Positions 9,194 to 18,112 of a stretch of 32,000 nt of DNA are shown here, piece by piece (position 1 is the stretch's first letter; each line of letters opens with the position of its first letter). The position numbers and the translations under genes are program-made. This DNA is from Psychrobacter sp. HD31. Its GTDB lineage: Bacteria > Pseudomonadota > Gammaproteobacteria > Pseudomonadales > Moraxellaceae. Under the pieces are notes generated by a model. That model did not search any database. It saw only the letters and a program-made list of their open reading frames with translations, and had not been told where the DNA came from. The DNA is taken from contig NZ_CP142525.1 of the NCBI RefSeq assembly GCF_051097895.1, positions 1,110,001 to 1,142,000 on the forward strand. The letters run 5' to 3'.

Positions 9194-10318
9194 TTATTGT
9201 GTTTTATCAACAGGTTTAAACTCTAGTGTTAATTGTTCAGAATGCTGCTTATAAAATACATCCGATTTATGATGGCTAATCCACTCACGCCACACTGCCA
9301 AAGCAATAGCAAGTACCACAGGTCCAATAAACAACCCAACAAATCCAAATGCAGTTAGCCCACCAAGCACACCAATAAAAATAATAATAAATGGAATGCT
9401 GGTTGCACCACTAATCACCATGGGTCTAATTAAATTATCTACCCAGCTAATGGCTAAAACACCCCAAACTGCCAAGCCAATCCCTTCAGTCGTATGCCCT
9501 TGGCTCATTAACCATAACGACACGCCACCCCAAGCAAACGGGGTACCAAAAGGGATAAGCGCCAACACAAAAGTGAGTAATACCAAAAACAGTGGATTTG
9601 GCGCATTGGCAAACAAATAGCCAATACCAGCCAATAAGGCTTGTGCAAGGGCAGTTAAACCAATGCCATAAACCACTGCCTGTGTTGTTTCGCCTACTGA
9701 ATCAATATAGTCATCAATACGGTTACCAATAATATTACGTAACGCTTGGCGCACTTGCTTAACTAAGCTAATCCCGTCACGGTAAAAAAAGAACAAGGTC
9801 ATAATTACCATGCCCATTTTTGCAAAATTGCGTAACACCGCATCCACAGCTACTTTGCCATAATACAAATGCTCCTGCACCCAAACCTTGATGATTTCCA
9901 TAGTGCCTTCTGGGTCTTTATTGATTTCCCACAACGCATCTTTAATTTGCTGCCCTACGACGGGGATTTCTTTAATTTGTGACGGTAAATCTACATACCC
10001 AGCTTGGATACGGTGCAAAATCATGCCATACAAATCTACCGCTTCTTGCTGCAAAATAAAAATACCTACAAGCAATGGGATACCAATCATTAACGACACA
10101 AAAAATGTCATAATAAATGCGCTAAGATTACGACTTAATTTAACTTTAGTATAAAAAAAGTTATATAGTGGGAACGTCACATAAGCAATAATCGCTGCCC
10201 ACAAAGCTGGGACAATAAAAAACTTAACCACACTAAAGCACAATATAAACAAAATTATTAACAAACTAATTGCTAACAATCTTTGAATAATAAGCTGTTT
10301 TGACCAGTTTTCTATCAT
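9194..10318 (-). CDS. AI-2E family transporter (PerM/YdiK-like permease)
   Basis: 374 aa polytopic membrane protein with the typical AI-2E layout. Hydrophobic N-terminus, a long central loop, and a C-terminal cluster with ...LIPFGTPFAWG... and PFIIIFIGVLGGL. Only 30 nt upstream of pdxB, so likely co-transcribed. Confidence 0.85.
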   Translation of the reverse strand: MIENWSKQLIIQRLLAISLLIILFILCFSVVKFFIVPALWAAIIAYVTFPLYNFFYTKVKLSRNLSAFIMTFFVSLMIGIPLLVGIFILQQEAVDLYGMILHRIQAGYVDLPSQIKEIPVVGQQIKDALWEINKDPEGTMEIIKVWVQEHLYYGKVAVDAVLRNFAKMGMVIMTLFFFYRDGISLVKQVRQALRNIIGNRIDDYIDSVGETTQAVVYGIGLTALAQALLAGIGYLFANAPNPLFLVLLTFVLALIPFGTPFAWGGVSLWLMSQGHTTEGIGLAVWGVLAISWVDNLIRPMVISGATSIPFIIIFIGVLGGLTAFGFVGLFIGPVVLAIALAVWREWISHHKSDVFYKQHSEQLTLEFKPVDKTQ

Positions 10319-10510
10319 TTTTTATGCCCAACTTTAAGTCTAGTCAAGTCATTTAAAGCTTGTCATGACTATGTTATTTTTTTATTTTAAAGGAATAGAC
10401 ATCATAACAAATTAAATAATGTTTTTTGTAATTTTTGCTTACAATTATGTCTGGATTATAAAAGAATCATTGATTTAGCAAAATTTATGTAATTATTTTG
10501 CTGTATCTGT

Positions 10511-10537
10511 TTGCCTTAAATAGCAAAGTGTTATAAT
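10511..10537 (+). promoter_or_regulatory. Putative sigma70 promoter with extended -10 for the WS/DGAT operon
   Basis: TGtTATAAT at 10529-10537 (perfect extended -10). Weak -35 TTGCCT at 10511-10516 (15-nt spacer). A 7-bp inverted repeat TTGCCTT (10511-10517) / AAGGCAA (10540-10546) brackets the -10. Confidence 0.45.
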
Positions 10538-10584
10538 CAAAGGCAATATTTACAATAACCAATTACAAGAACCCAGTAAAAACT

Positions 10585-11994
10585 ATGCGTCTATTGTCTC
10601 TTATCGACCAACTTTTCATCCAATTAGAGTCTCGTACTCAGCCCATGCACGTTGGGGGGCTATTTTTATTTGAACCACCAGAAAATGCAGGCGATTGTTT
10701 TGCCTCTGAGCTTATGCAAAAAATGCAAACCACCAACACGCCACCAAACTTTCCTTTTAACCAAGTATTAGACAAATTGCTTTTTTGGCAAGATGACGAA
10801 AGCTTTGAGATATACCAGCATTTTAGGCATATTGCCTTGCCAAAACCAGCAAGGGTGAGAGAACTTTTACAATATGTATCATTAGAACATGGCAAGCTGC
10901 TCAATAAAGACAACCCAATGTGGGAGTGCCATATTATTGAAGGCATAGAGCCCGAGGTAAAAGGCAGACCCCATCGTTTTGCTTTATATTTTAAAATTCA
11001 TCACTCATTGGTTGATGGTATTGCCGCCATGCGTTTAATGCAAAAGTCGTTATCGCATTCAAAAACAGAAGAAATGACCTTACCTCTATGGTCACTATTG
11101 ACGCGCCATCGTAACCAAATTGATGCCATCTTGCCCATCAACAAACCCACAAAACAAATCATTAAAGAACAAATTAGCACCATACGCCCCGTATTTAAAG
11201 AGCTGAAAAACTCAGCCATACAGTTAACTGGCAAACACCCGCATTTTGTAAGCACGTTTGATGCTCCAGCCAGTATGCTCAACCAACGCATTACCGCATC
11301 ACGCCGTCTTGCCACTCAGTCATACAACTTAGAGCGCTTTAAAAACTTATCAACACAATTAAAAGTTACCGTTAACGATGTGGTACTTGCTGTTTGTGCC
11401 GGTGCCCTACGCAACTACTTAATAGAAAATGATGACTTACCCAAAAAACCATTAATTGCATTTGTGCCCATCTCATTACGTAAAGATAAAAGTGCAAGTG
11501 GTAACCAGCTTTCTTTTATTTTGGCAAACTTAGGCACACATTTGCATAACCCATTAGACAGGCTGCAAACCATCCACAAAAGTATGAATGATGGCAAACG
11601 TCGTTTTAGCCGTATGACGCAAGCTGAAGTCATTAACTACAGCTTAGTTGCCTACAGTTGGGCTATGCTAAATTTAATGACCAGTGTCTACCCTAAAAAA
11701 CAAGCCTTTAATCTGATTATCTCTAACGTGCCTGGATCAAATAAGCCCCTTTATTGGAATGGTGCAAAACTACAAGCACTCTACCCTGCTTCTATTTTAA
11801 TGAACGGACAAGCCCTAAACATTACCCTTGCCACTTATGTCGATAAAATCGAGTTTGGCATAACCGCTTGTGATGATGTGTTGCCGCATATACAAAATAT
11901 GCTAAAACTAATTGAGCAAGAGATTTGTGCGCTTGAAGAATTAACGGCCAAAACACAACCAAAATTACGTATAACCAATAAAGCAGAAACATAG
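10585..11994 (+). CDS. Wax ester synthase / acyl-CoA:diacylglycerol acyltransferase (WS/DGAT, AtfA-like)
   Basis: 469 aa. N-terminus ...QPMHVGGLFLFEPPENAG and catalytic HHSLVDG (HHxxxDG). Close collinearity with Acinetobacter baylyi AtfA as recalled. Confidence 0.9.
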   Translation: MRLLSLIDQLFIQLESRTQPMHVGGLFLFEPPENAGDCFASELMQKMQTTNTPPNFPFNQVLDKLLFWQDDESFEIYQHFRHIALPKPARVRELLQYVSLEHGKLLNKDNPMWECHIIEGIEPEVKGRPHRFALYFKIHHSLVDGIAAMRLMQKSLSHSKTEEMTLPLWSLLTRHRNQIDAILPINKPTKQIIKEQISTIRPVFKELKNSAIQLTGKHPHFVSTFDAPASMLNQRITASRRLATQSYNLERFKNLSTQLKVTVNDVVLAVCAGALRNYLIENDDLPKKPLIAFVPISLRKDKSASGNQLSFILANLGTHLHNPLDRLQTIHKSMNDGKRRFSRMTQAEVINYSLVAYSWAMLNLMTSVYPKKQAFNLIISNVPGSNKPLYWNGAKLQALYPASILMNGQALNITLATYVDKIEFGITACDDVLPHIQNMLKLIEQEICALEELTAKTQPKLRITNKAET

Positions 11995-12006
11995 ACAAGG
12001 ACAAGT

Positions 12007-12750
12007 ATGAAAAAATCATTACTATTGACATTATTTTTAGGTATTAGTTTTACAACACAAGCCAATGTTAATCGTTTAGATAGCACTCAGCACTACCCTG
12101 TTAAGTCTGTTATTAAACAACTTAATAAAAAAGGGTGGGATAAATCCATTGTAACATTACAGAATCCAGATGATTTTGGTTTTGAAAATGTCAGCATTAT
12201 CTATACCCTGCCTCCAATCAATTCACAAACTTTATTCACACGGTTTAATGGACAAAAATTACTGGTAAGAGATAACTCAACAACCATTAAAGTGGATGGC
12301 AAAACCGTACAACATAAAGAATCAAAAGTATATTCAGAACCAGGCAGTTATGATTGGGTTGGATACTACAACAGCAATAACGACTACAAAATAATCATCA
12401 CAAATAGAACACCAATTCCTCAAACAGCCACAGTTGGTAGTTCTCAATCAATGTATCAAAGTAAAGGCACTAAGCATGGTGAGCCAAATGAAACTAGTAC
12501 AGGTAGATGGGAATTAAAACCAAGCACTAAAAACTCTGGCAATAACACGCCCACTGCACAACTTTGCTTATATCATGATACGGTTTCTATAACGACCTCT
12601 ATTGAAGACACAACAGCTGAAAAGCAATCTCTCTGTTATACCATTGATACACAAGGTAATGTTTTAGATGAAACAATAGAAATCATTTCTTACTCTGAAA
12701 ATAACGGTGAGCCACCTATGGTGTTTAAAACGCCAACCTCTAATCAATAG
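12007..12750 (+). CDS. Exported protein of unknown function (paralog A)
   Basis: 247 aa. Sec signal peptide MKKSLLLTLFLGISFTTQA|N. Starts 12 nt after the WS/DGAT stop. Shares blocks with the next gene: YPVxSVxKQ, IKxxGxT, WEL, xLC...CYTIxxxGxxLD, GEPPxxF. Confidence 0.75.
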   Translation: MKKSLLLTLFLGISFTTQANVNRLDSTQHYPVKSVIKQLNKKGWDKSIVTLQNPDDFGFENVSIIYTLPPINSQTLFTRFNGQKLLVRDNSTTIKVDGKTVQHKESKVYSEPGSYDWVGYYNSNNDYKIIITNRTPIPQTATVGSSQSMYQSKGTKHGEPNETSTGRWELKPSTKNSGNNTPTAQLCLYHDTVSITTSIEDTTAEKQSLCYTIDTQGNVLDETIEIISYSENNGEPPMVFKTPTSNQ

Positions 12751-12795
12751 ATGAAGAAATAGCATACACAACCAATACAATAAAGGGATGACAGC

Positions 12796-13506
12796 ATGAA
12801 ACAAACCTTAAACAAGCTTATGATCACAGCGGCTTTAGTTTCCACGCTAACCGCTTGTGTCAATATAGCTGACATCAATTTAAATCAAAATAAAATCACT
12901 TACCCCGTTGCTTCCGTGCTTAAACAAGCACGATTAAATGGCATTAACGAAACCTTAATCACCGACTTAAACGAGGTTATGGGTACTCAAGAAATTACTA
13001 TTACCATGGATTACCAGCGTGATGCCATTGATATAAACAACCCTCAACTTACCACTTTTAACAACCAACAGGTCATTAAAACCAATAGCCTGTCAGAAAT
13101 TAAAATCAATGGACAAACGCTATATGCCTTAAATGCCGAAGAGTATCTCTTTGCAGATAGCTTGATGTATGCTGGCACAAATACATCCAACTTTGACATA
13201 GACATAGTTACCCAAAACTTCACACCACCTGCCAGCGCTCAAATTGGTGCTCGCGGTAAACTATATGAAGGCATCAGCTCTGCACTCGAAGATAAAGAAG
13301 AAACCATGCCCATGGTTGCAACATGGGAGTTAAATGCCGCTAAAAATAATACCGCTGAGCTATGTAGAATAGAAAAACATGATAACCAAGGTGAAAGCGC
13401 CACTTGCTATACCATTAATCAAAAAGGTGATATTTTAGATACTCAGATTTCTGGCTCATTTATCATCACGCCTGGAGAACCCCCTGTTAATTTTGTGAGT
13501 GAATAA
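12796..13506 (+). CDS. Lipoprotein of unknown function (paralog B)
   Basis: 236 aa. Lipobox LTAC (MKQTLNKLMITAALVSTLTAC). AAGGGA RBS. Paralogous to 12007-12750 (same conserved blocks and C-terminal Cys pair). Confidence 0.75.
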   Translation: MKQTLNKLMITAALVSTLTACVNIADINLNQNKITYPVASVLKQARLNGINETLITDLNEVMGTQEITITMDYQRDAIDINNPQLTTFNNQQVIKTNSLSEIKINGQTLYALNAEEYLFADSLMYAGTNTSNFDIDIVTQNFTPPASAQIGARGKLYEGISSALEDKEETMPMVATWELNAAKNNTAELCRIEKHDNQGESATCYTINQKGDILDTQISGSFIITPGEPPVNFVSE

Positions 13507-13536
13507 GCTGTAATACCAAATTGGTCTATTAACGAT

Positions 13537-13568
13537 AAAAACGCAGTTTTAAGCTGCGTTTTTTATTT
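13537..13568. terminator. Bidirectional rho-independent terminator between convergent genes
   Basis: AAAA-ACGCAG-ttttaag-CTGCGT-TTTTTATTTT. Confidence 0.75.
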
Positions 13569-13586
13569 TAGTTCATCCCAAAAAGT

Positions 13587-14246
13587 TCATGCCTTTGTTT
13601 TTTTGATTACCAGCAAACAACGATTTAAATGGCATTTTGCGACCTTCACGTGTTGCCCGCCTATGGTAGTATCTTTTGTTACCTTACCAGCTAACATATC
13701 TTTTACCAACACACCGCCATGTACACCCAACAGCTGGCGAGCCACACCATACATATTTTTAGCATGTTTAACACTACTAGTTCGCTCATTTTTGGTGTTT
13801 TGTGGCAACGCAAAATACCAATCAAATTCTATCAAATCATTGGAGGTTATTAAGTCGAGATAAGGTGCATCATCCTTCATATAACGATACAACTTAGCTG
13901 GGTTGCTTTGATAATCCAACATCTTTTTATCAGTTGATTTAACTGCCCCTAAAGCAGCTTTAATTGCGGCAACATCATCAATATCGATTGACTGCGTATC
14001 GCCTGTAGACCATAAGTGCGAGTTATAATGAATCCCTGTATTTTTGACAATATTATTTTCTAGTGCTTTAAGTGCCAGCTTTTTTTTGGCAGTTACGCTT
14101 TTGTCTGCGTCTGATTGTTGCGCTTTAATTTGCGTTTCATCCTTTTGGCTAGTGGCTTCTTTATTATCAGAAAAATGACACGCCGATAACATCAAACTGC
14201 TTATTAAAAAAGCAGCAGCAAACTTAGATTTTGTGACAACCTTCAT
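13587..14246 (-). CDS. Lipoprotein of unknown function
   Basis: 219 aa. Lipobox LSAC (MKVVTKSKFAAAFLISSLMLSAC). A low-complexity Lys/Gln/Asp linker, then a globular region. I recognise no family. Confidence 0.7.
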   Translation of the reverse strand: MKVVTKSKFAAAFLISSLMLSACHFSDNKEATSQKDETQIKAQQSDADKSVTAKKKLALKALENNIVKNTGIHYNSHLWSTGDTQSIDIDDVAAIKAALGAVKSTDKKMLDYQSNPAKLYRYMKDDAPYLDLITSNDLIEFDWYFALPQNTKNERTSSVKHAKNMYGVARQLLGVHGGVLVKDMLAGKVTKDTTIGGQHVKVAKCHLNRCLLVIKKTKA

Positions 14247-14468
14247 TATCTATTTACCTTTATTTAACAAACTGGTGTTGATTATATTAATAACATTTTG
14301 TTTATGGCTGATTCAATAGTGTACTCAATCTGTTTATTTTTAACCAGTTTTCTTATATTCACTTATCGTTTTGATACAGATTTGTTATGCTAACAAAAAT
14401 TTAAATACATTTAACACCCACTCACCTTAGTTAACCCTAAAACGACTTTTAGATAAAAAGGAAGTTTA

Positions 14469-15299
14469 ATGTCAACACAACACTTCATTGTCATTGGCAA
14501 TCCAATTGCACACAGTCAATCTCCACAAATACATCAAGGTTTTGCAGCCCAAGTTGGTTTATCAATCCGCTATGCCCGCCAGCTATGCCCTAACGACGTG
14601 CACAGTTTTACAGCAGTGGTTGAAGCTTTTTTTAATGGCGGTGGTGTTGGGGCAAACGTAACCGTACCTTTTAAACAAATGGCATATAAATTGTGTCACA
14701 CTAATTTAACCCCGCATGCACAAGTAGCTGGCGCAGTGAATACCCTTTATATGCAAAATGGCAAACTTTGTGGACACAATACCGATGGACAAGGGCTGGT
14801 TAATCACATACAAAACTTGGGTTGGGAGTTAAAGGATAAAAACATTGCCATTATTGGTGCAGGTGGTGCCAGCCGTGGCATTATTTTGCCGCTGCTTGCT
14901 GCTGGCGTGAGCAGCATTCATGTTGCAAACCGTACTGTAACCAAAGCAGATGCATTGATTGAAGACTGCCAAAAACAGGCAAATAACCTACCAAACAACA
15001 TAGCAGCTCTAATTAAACAGGCAAAACTGAGTGCCAGCAGTATTGAGGCGTTAACTGGCAGTTATGATGTGATTATTAACGCAACTTCAATAGGGTTATC
15101 TGGCGATAAATTGCCACTCGCCGATACACTAAGCTGTACCAAGGCCTACGACATGATGTATGGGCGTGACCTACCGTTTTTACAGCATTTTGAGGATAAA
15201 GGTGCCAACGTGAGCGATGGCAAGGGCATGCTGATTGGGCAAGCAGCGTTAAGTTTTGAGCAATGGACAGGCAAAAAAGTGGATGTAAATACGCTATAA
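14469..15299 (+). CDS. aroE: Shikimate dehydrogenase
   Basis: 276 aa. VIGNPIAHSQSPQIHQGF, NVTVPFK, NTDGQG, GAGGASRG motifs. AAGGAAG RBS. Confidence 0.9.
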   Translation: MSTQHFIVIGNPIAHSQSPQIHQGFAAQVGLSIRYARQLCPNDVHSFTAVVEAFFNGGGVGANVTVPFKQMAYKLCHTNLTPHAQVAGAVNTLYMQNGKLCGHNTDGQGLVNHIQNLGWELKDKNIAIIGAGGASRGIILPLLAAGVSSIHVANRTVTKADALIEDCQKQANNLPNNIAALIKQAKLSASSIEALTGSYDVIINATSIGLSGDKLPLADTLSCTKAYDMMYGRDLPFLQHFEDKGANVSDGKGMLIGQAALSFEQWTGKKVDVNTL

Positions 15300-15346
15300 A
15301 TTGGTTATTCATAACCATAAGCCATGGATGACCACCTCGTATATGA

Positions 15347-15413
15347 CTTTTAGTTATACATGGTGTTTTTCTTCTTAACTTTTAGATATACTTTGTCGCA
15401 AGTTTAGATATAC
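15347..15413 (+). repeat. Three phased direct repeats, CTTTTAG(T/A)TATAC-type, upstream of the acyl-CoA dehydrogenase gene
   Basis: cttttagttatac at 15347-15359, cttttagatatac at 15379-15391, gtttagatatac at 15402-15413. Spacings are about 32 and 22 bp. Confidence 0.5.
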
Positions 15414-15466
15414 CTTTCTATAAACGATAGCACAATCAAATTCCCTTATTTTTACAAGGAGCTACT

Positions 15467-17287
15467 ATGCTTACCTATAAGGCCCCCCTTCGTGATATTA
15501 AATTTTTAATGAACGACGTTTTCCATTTTCAAGACCATTACGCTACTTTATCAAATGGCGAAAATGCTGATCCAGAAACTGTCGATATGATTTTACAAGG
15601 TATGGCAGACTTTGCTGAAGGCGTTATTTCTCCACTATATCAATCAGGTGATGCCGAAGGTTGTCATTTTGATAATGGCGTCGTTACCACACCAGAAGGT
15701 TTTAAAGACGCTTATAACCAGTTTGTTGAAGGTGGTTGGCAAGGTATTGCTTACCCAGAGCAATACGGCGGTATGAATTTACCTATGTCACTTAACTTGG
15801 TTAAATCAGAGATGATTGGTACGGCTAACTGGTCATGGTCAATGTATCCAGGATTATCAACTGGCTGTATTAACACCATTTTGCATTATGGTGATGATGC
15901 TCAAAAAGACTTATATCTGCCAAAATTGGTTGAAGGCACTTGGTCTGGCACCATGTGCTTAACCGAAGCCCAAGCAGGTACCGACTTAGGTCAAGTTAAA
16001 ACAAAAGCAGAACCAAACGGTGATGGTACCTATAAGCTAAATGGCTCAAAAATCTTTATTTCTAGCGGTGAGCATGATTTAGCCGAAAATATCATCCACA
16101 TCGTATTAGCTAGATTGCCAGATGCCCCAGCAGGCACAAAAGGTATTTCACTATTTATCGTGCCTAAATTTGTACCAAATGACGAAGGCGAAGTTGGCGA
16201 ACGTAACACGGTGACCTGTGGTTCTATCGAACATAAAATGGGTATCAATGCCTCAGCAACTTGTGTATTAAACTTTGATGATGCCAAAGGCTACTTAATT
16301 GGTGAACCACATAAAGGCTTGCGTGCCATGTTCACATTTATGAACACTGCTCGCCTTGGTACCGGTATCCAAGCATTAGCACACTGTGAATTGTCATATC
16401 AAAACGCCCTACCTTACGCTAAAGAGCGTCGTTCTATGCGTGCGTTATCTGGCAAGAAAAATCCAGAACATGTTGCCGACACCATCATCAACCATGCTGA
16501 TGTACGACGTTTATTGTTAACAATGAAAGCCATCACCGAAGGTGGTCGCTCGATGATTTATCATTCTGCCCGCTATGCCGACAAAATGTCAGAAGGCATT
16601 GCCATTGGCGATCAGAAAAAATTTGAAAAATGGGATGATAAAATTGGTTTTTATACCCCAATCTTGAAAGGCTTTTTGACTGAGCTATCAAATGAAGTTG
16701 CCAAGCATGGTATGCAAATATTTGGCGGTCATGGCTATATCAAAGAATGGGGCATGGAGCAAATCTTACGTGATGCTCGTATCTCAACACTTTATGAAGG
16801 TACCACTGGCGTTCAGGCTCTTGATTTATTGGGTCGTAAGATTATTCTTGGCTCTAAAGGCAAGGTGGTGCGTGACTATACCGCAAGTGTGATGAAATGG
16901 TGTGGTGAATATGCGCTAGACAAAGACATGCGTAAGTATGTTTGGGCATTAACCAAGCTGTGTGCTGAATGGAATACGTTAACCGTTCGTATCATGTTAA
17001 TGGCTCGTAAAGATAGAGAGATAATCTCTGCGGCTTGCGATGACTACCTAATGTATGCAGGTTACGTTATGATGGGTTATCACTGGGCACGTATGGCCGC
17101 GATTGCTTATGATAAATTAGAAAATGGTGGCACCGAATCACCTGAGTTCTATAAAGCAAAAATTCAAACAGCTGAGTTTTATTTTGATAAGCTTTTACCA
17201 CGTGCATCAGGGCATGCAGAAAGCATGGTGGCACCTAGCGAAAGCATGATGGCAATGGATGAAGACAATTTCTCATTCCTTGATTAA
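15467..17287 (+). CDS. Long-form acyl-CoA dehydrogenase (about 600 aa, FadE-like, with C-terminal extension)
   Basis: 606 aa. MLTYKAPLRDIKFLMNDV..., GTMCLTEAQAGTDLG, KIFISSGEHDL, GGHGYIKEWGMEQILRDARISTLYEGTTGVQALDL. AAGGAG RBS. Confidence 0.9.
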   Translation: MLTYKAPLRDIKFLMNDVFHFQDHYATLSNGENADPETVDMILQGMADFAEGVISPLYQSGDAEGCHFDNGVVTTPEGFKDAYNQFVEGGWQGIAYPEQYGGMNLPMSLNLVKSEMIGTANWSWSMYPGLSTGCINTILHYGDDAQKDLYLPKLVEGTWSGTMCLTEAQAGTDLGQVKTKAEPNGDGTYKLNGSKIFISSGEHDLAENIIHIVLARLPDAPAGTKGISLFIVPKFVPNDEGEVGERNTVTCGSIEHKMGINASATCVLNFDDAKGYLIGEPHKGLRAMFTFMNTARLGTGIQALAHCELSYQNALPYAKERRSMRALSGKKNPEHVADTIINHADVRRLLLTMKAITEGGRSMIYHSARYADKMSEGIAIGDQKKFEKWDDKIGFYTPILKGFLTELSNEVAKHGMQIFGGHGYIKEWGMEQILRDARISTLYEGTTGVQALDLLGRKIILGSKGKVVRDYTASVMKWCGEYALDKDMRKYVWALTKLCAEWNTLTVRIMLMARKDREIISAACDDYLMYAGYVMMGYHWARMAAIAYDKLENGGTESPEFYKAKIQTAEFYFDKLLPRASGHAESMVAPSESMMAMDEDNFSFLD

Positions 17288-17331
17288 ACGCATTTTTTAG
17301 CAAGTTTATTTAACTTATTATTTCTTTAAAA

Positions 17332-17353
17332 AGCACCTTAGGGTGCTTTTTTT
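17332..17353 (+). terminator. Rho-independent terminator after the acyl-CoA dehydrogenase gene
   Basis: AGCACC-ttag-GGTGCT followed by TTTTTTT. Confidence 0.75.
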
Positions 17354-17389
17354 ATTGATAATAAATCCCATTTATATTAATATAGCCAA

Positions 17390-17412
17390 TTATTGTTATG
17401 TTATAACATTTT
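17390..17412 (+). promoter_or_regulatory. Zur box (zinc uptake regulator operator) upstream of the L36 paralog
   Basis: ttattgttatgttataacatttt matches the gammaproteobacterial Zur consensus GAAATGTTATAWTATAACATTTC at 18/23 by hand alignment. The core is a perfect inverted repeat TGTTAT-gtt-ATAACA (17394-17408), ending 22 nt before the start codon. Confidence 0.65.
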
Positions 17413-17434
17413 TATGTCAAAAGAAGGATATATT

Positions 17435-17578
17435 ATGCAAGTATTAAGCTCATTAAAAAGTGCAAAAAGTCGCCATCCAGACTGCCAAGTTGTACGCCGC
17501 CGTGGTCGTGTGTTTGTTATCAACAAAACTGAAGGGCGTTTTAAAGCCGTACAGGGCAAAAGCAAAAAACGTAAATAA
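17435..17578 (+). CDS. rpmJ: 50S ribosomal protein L36, type B (YkgO-like, zinc-ribbon-less C-minus paralog)
   Basis: [47 protein letters not shown] aligns with E. coli YkgO ([41 protein letters not shown]...). GAAGGA RBS sits 7 nt before the ATG at 17435. The ORF-track start at 17393 is an artefactual extension. Confidence 0.9.
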   Translation: MQVLSSLKSAKSRHPDCQVVRRRGRVFVINKTEGRFKAVQGKSKKRK

Positions 17579-17592
17579 AAAACCAATAAAAA

Positions 17593-17622
17593 AGCTAAAC
17601 AAATATCTGTTTAGCTTTTTTA
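17593..17622. terminator. Bidirectional terminator between rpmJ paralog and ybaK
   Basis: A-run, 9-bp stem AGCTAAACA / TGTTTAGCT, loop AATATC, T-run. Confidence 0.75.
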
Positions 17623-17641
17623 TTATCTTTGTTTAGTTCTT

Positions 17642-18112
17642 TTAATCCATGACTATATCTGCAAATTTTGCCGATAACGTTGCCAAAAGTTGCGCTGGAG
17701 GCAGTTCTATTTCTAGCCCTCTTTTGCCAGCACTAACATACATTGTTTTTTGTTGTTGTGCTGATGTATCAATAACGGTAGTTAATCGCTTTTTTTGCCC
17801 TAAAGGACTAACTCCGCCCAACACATAACCTGTGGTTTTTTCTACCAGTATAGGGTCTGCCATATTAGCCTTTTTTGCACCGATGGCTTTAGCCATTTTT
17901 TTCAAATTCAGCTTTTGATCAACGGGTAAAATCGCAACTGCCAGCTTATCTTTATCATCAGCCACCACCAGTGTTTTAAACACTTGCATGCTTGGTATGC
18001 CCAATTTTTCTGCTGCCTCTAGCCCATAGGACTCAGCCGTTGCCTCATGCGTGTATTCATGAATTTTATAGTCTAATTTTTTTTGTTTGGCTAGGGTAAT
18101 TGCAGGGGTCAT
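17642..18112 (-). CDS. ybaK: Cys-tRNA(Pro)/Cys-tRNA(Cys) deacylase
   Basis: 156 aa, collinear with E. coli YbaK as recalled: MTPA...L, FKTLVV, GYVLGGVSPLGQKKRL, YVSAGKRGLEIEL, AKFADI. Confidence 0.9.
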   Translation of the reverse strand: MTPAITLAKQKKLDYKIHEYTHEATAESYGLEAAEKLGIPSMQVFKTLVVADDKDKLAVAILPVDQKLNLKKMAKAIGAKKANMADPILVEKTTGYVLGGVSPLGQKKRLTTVIDTSAQQQKTMYVSAGKRGLEIELPPAQLLATLSAKFADIVMD

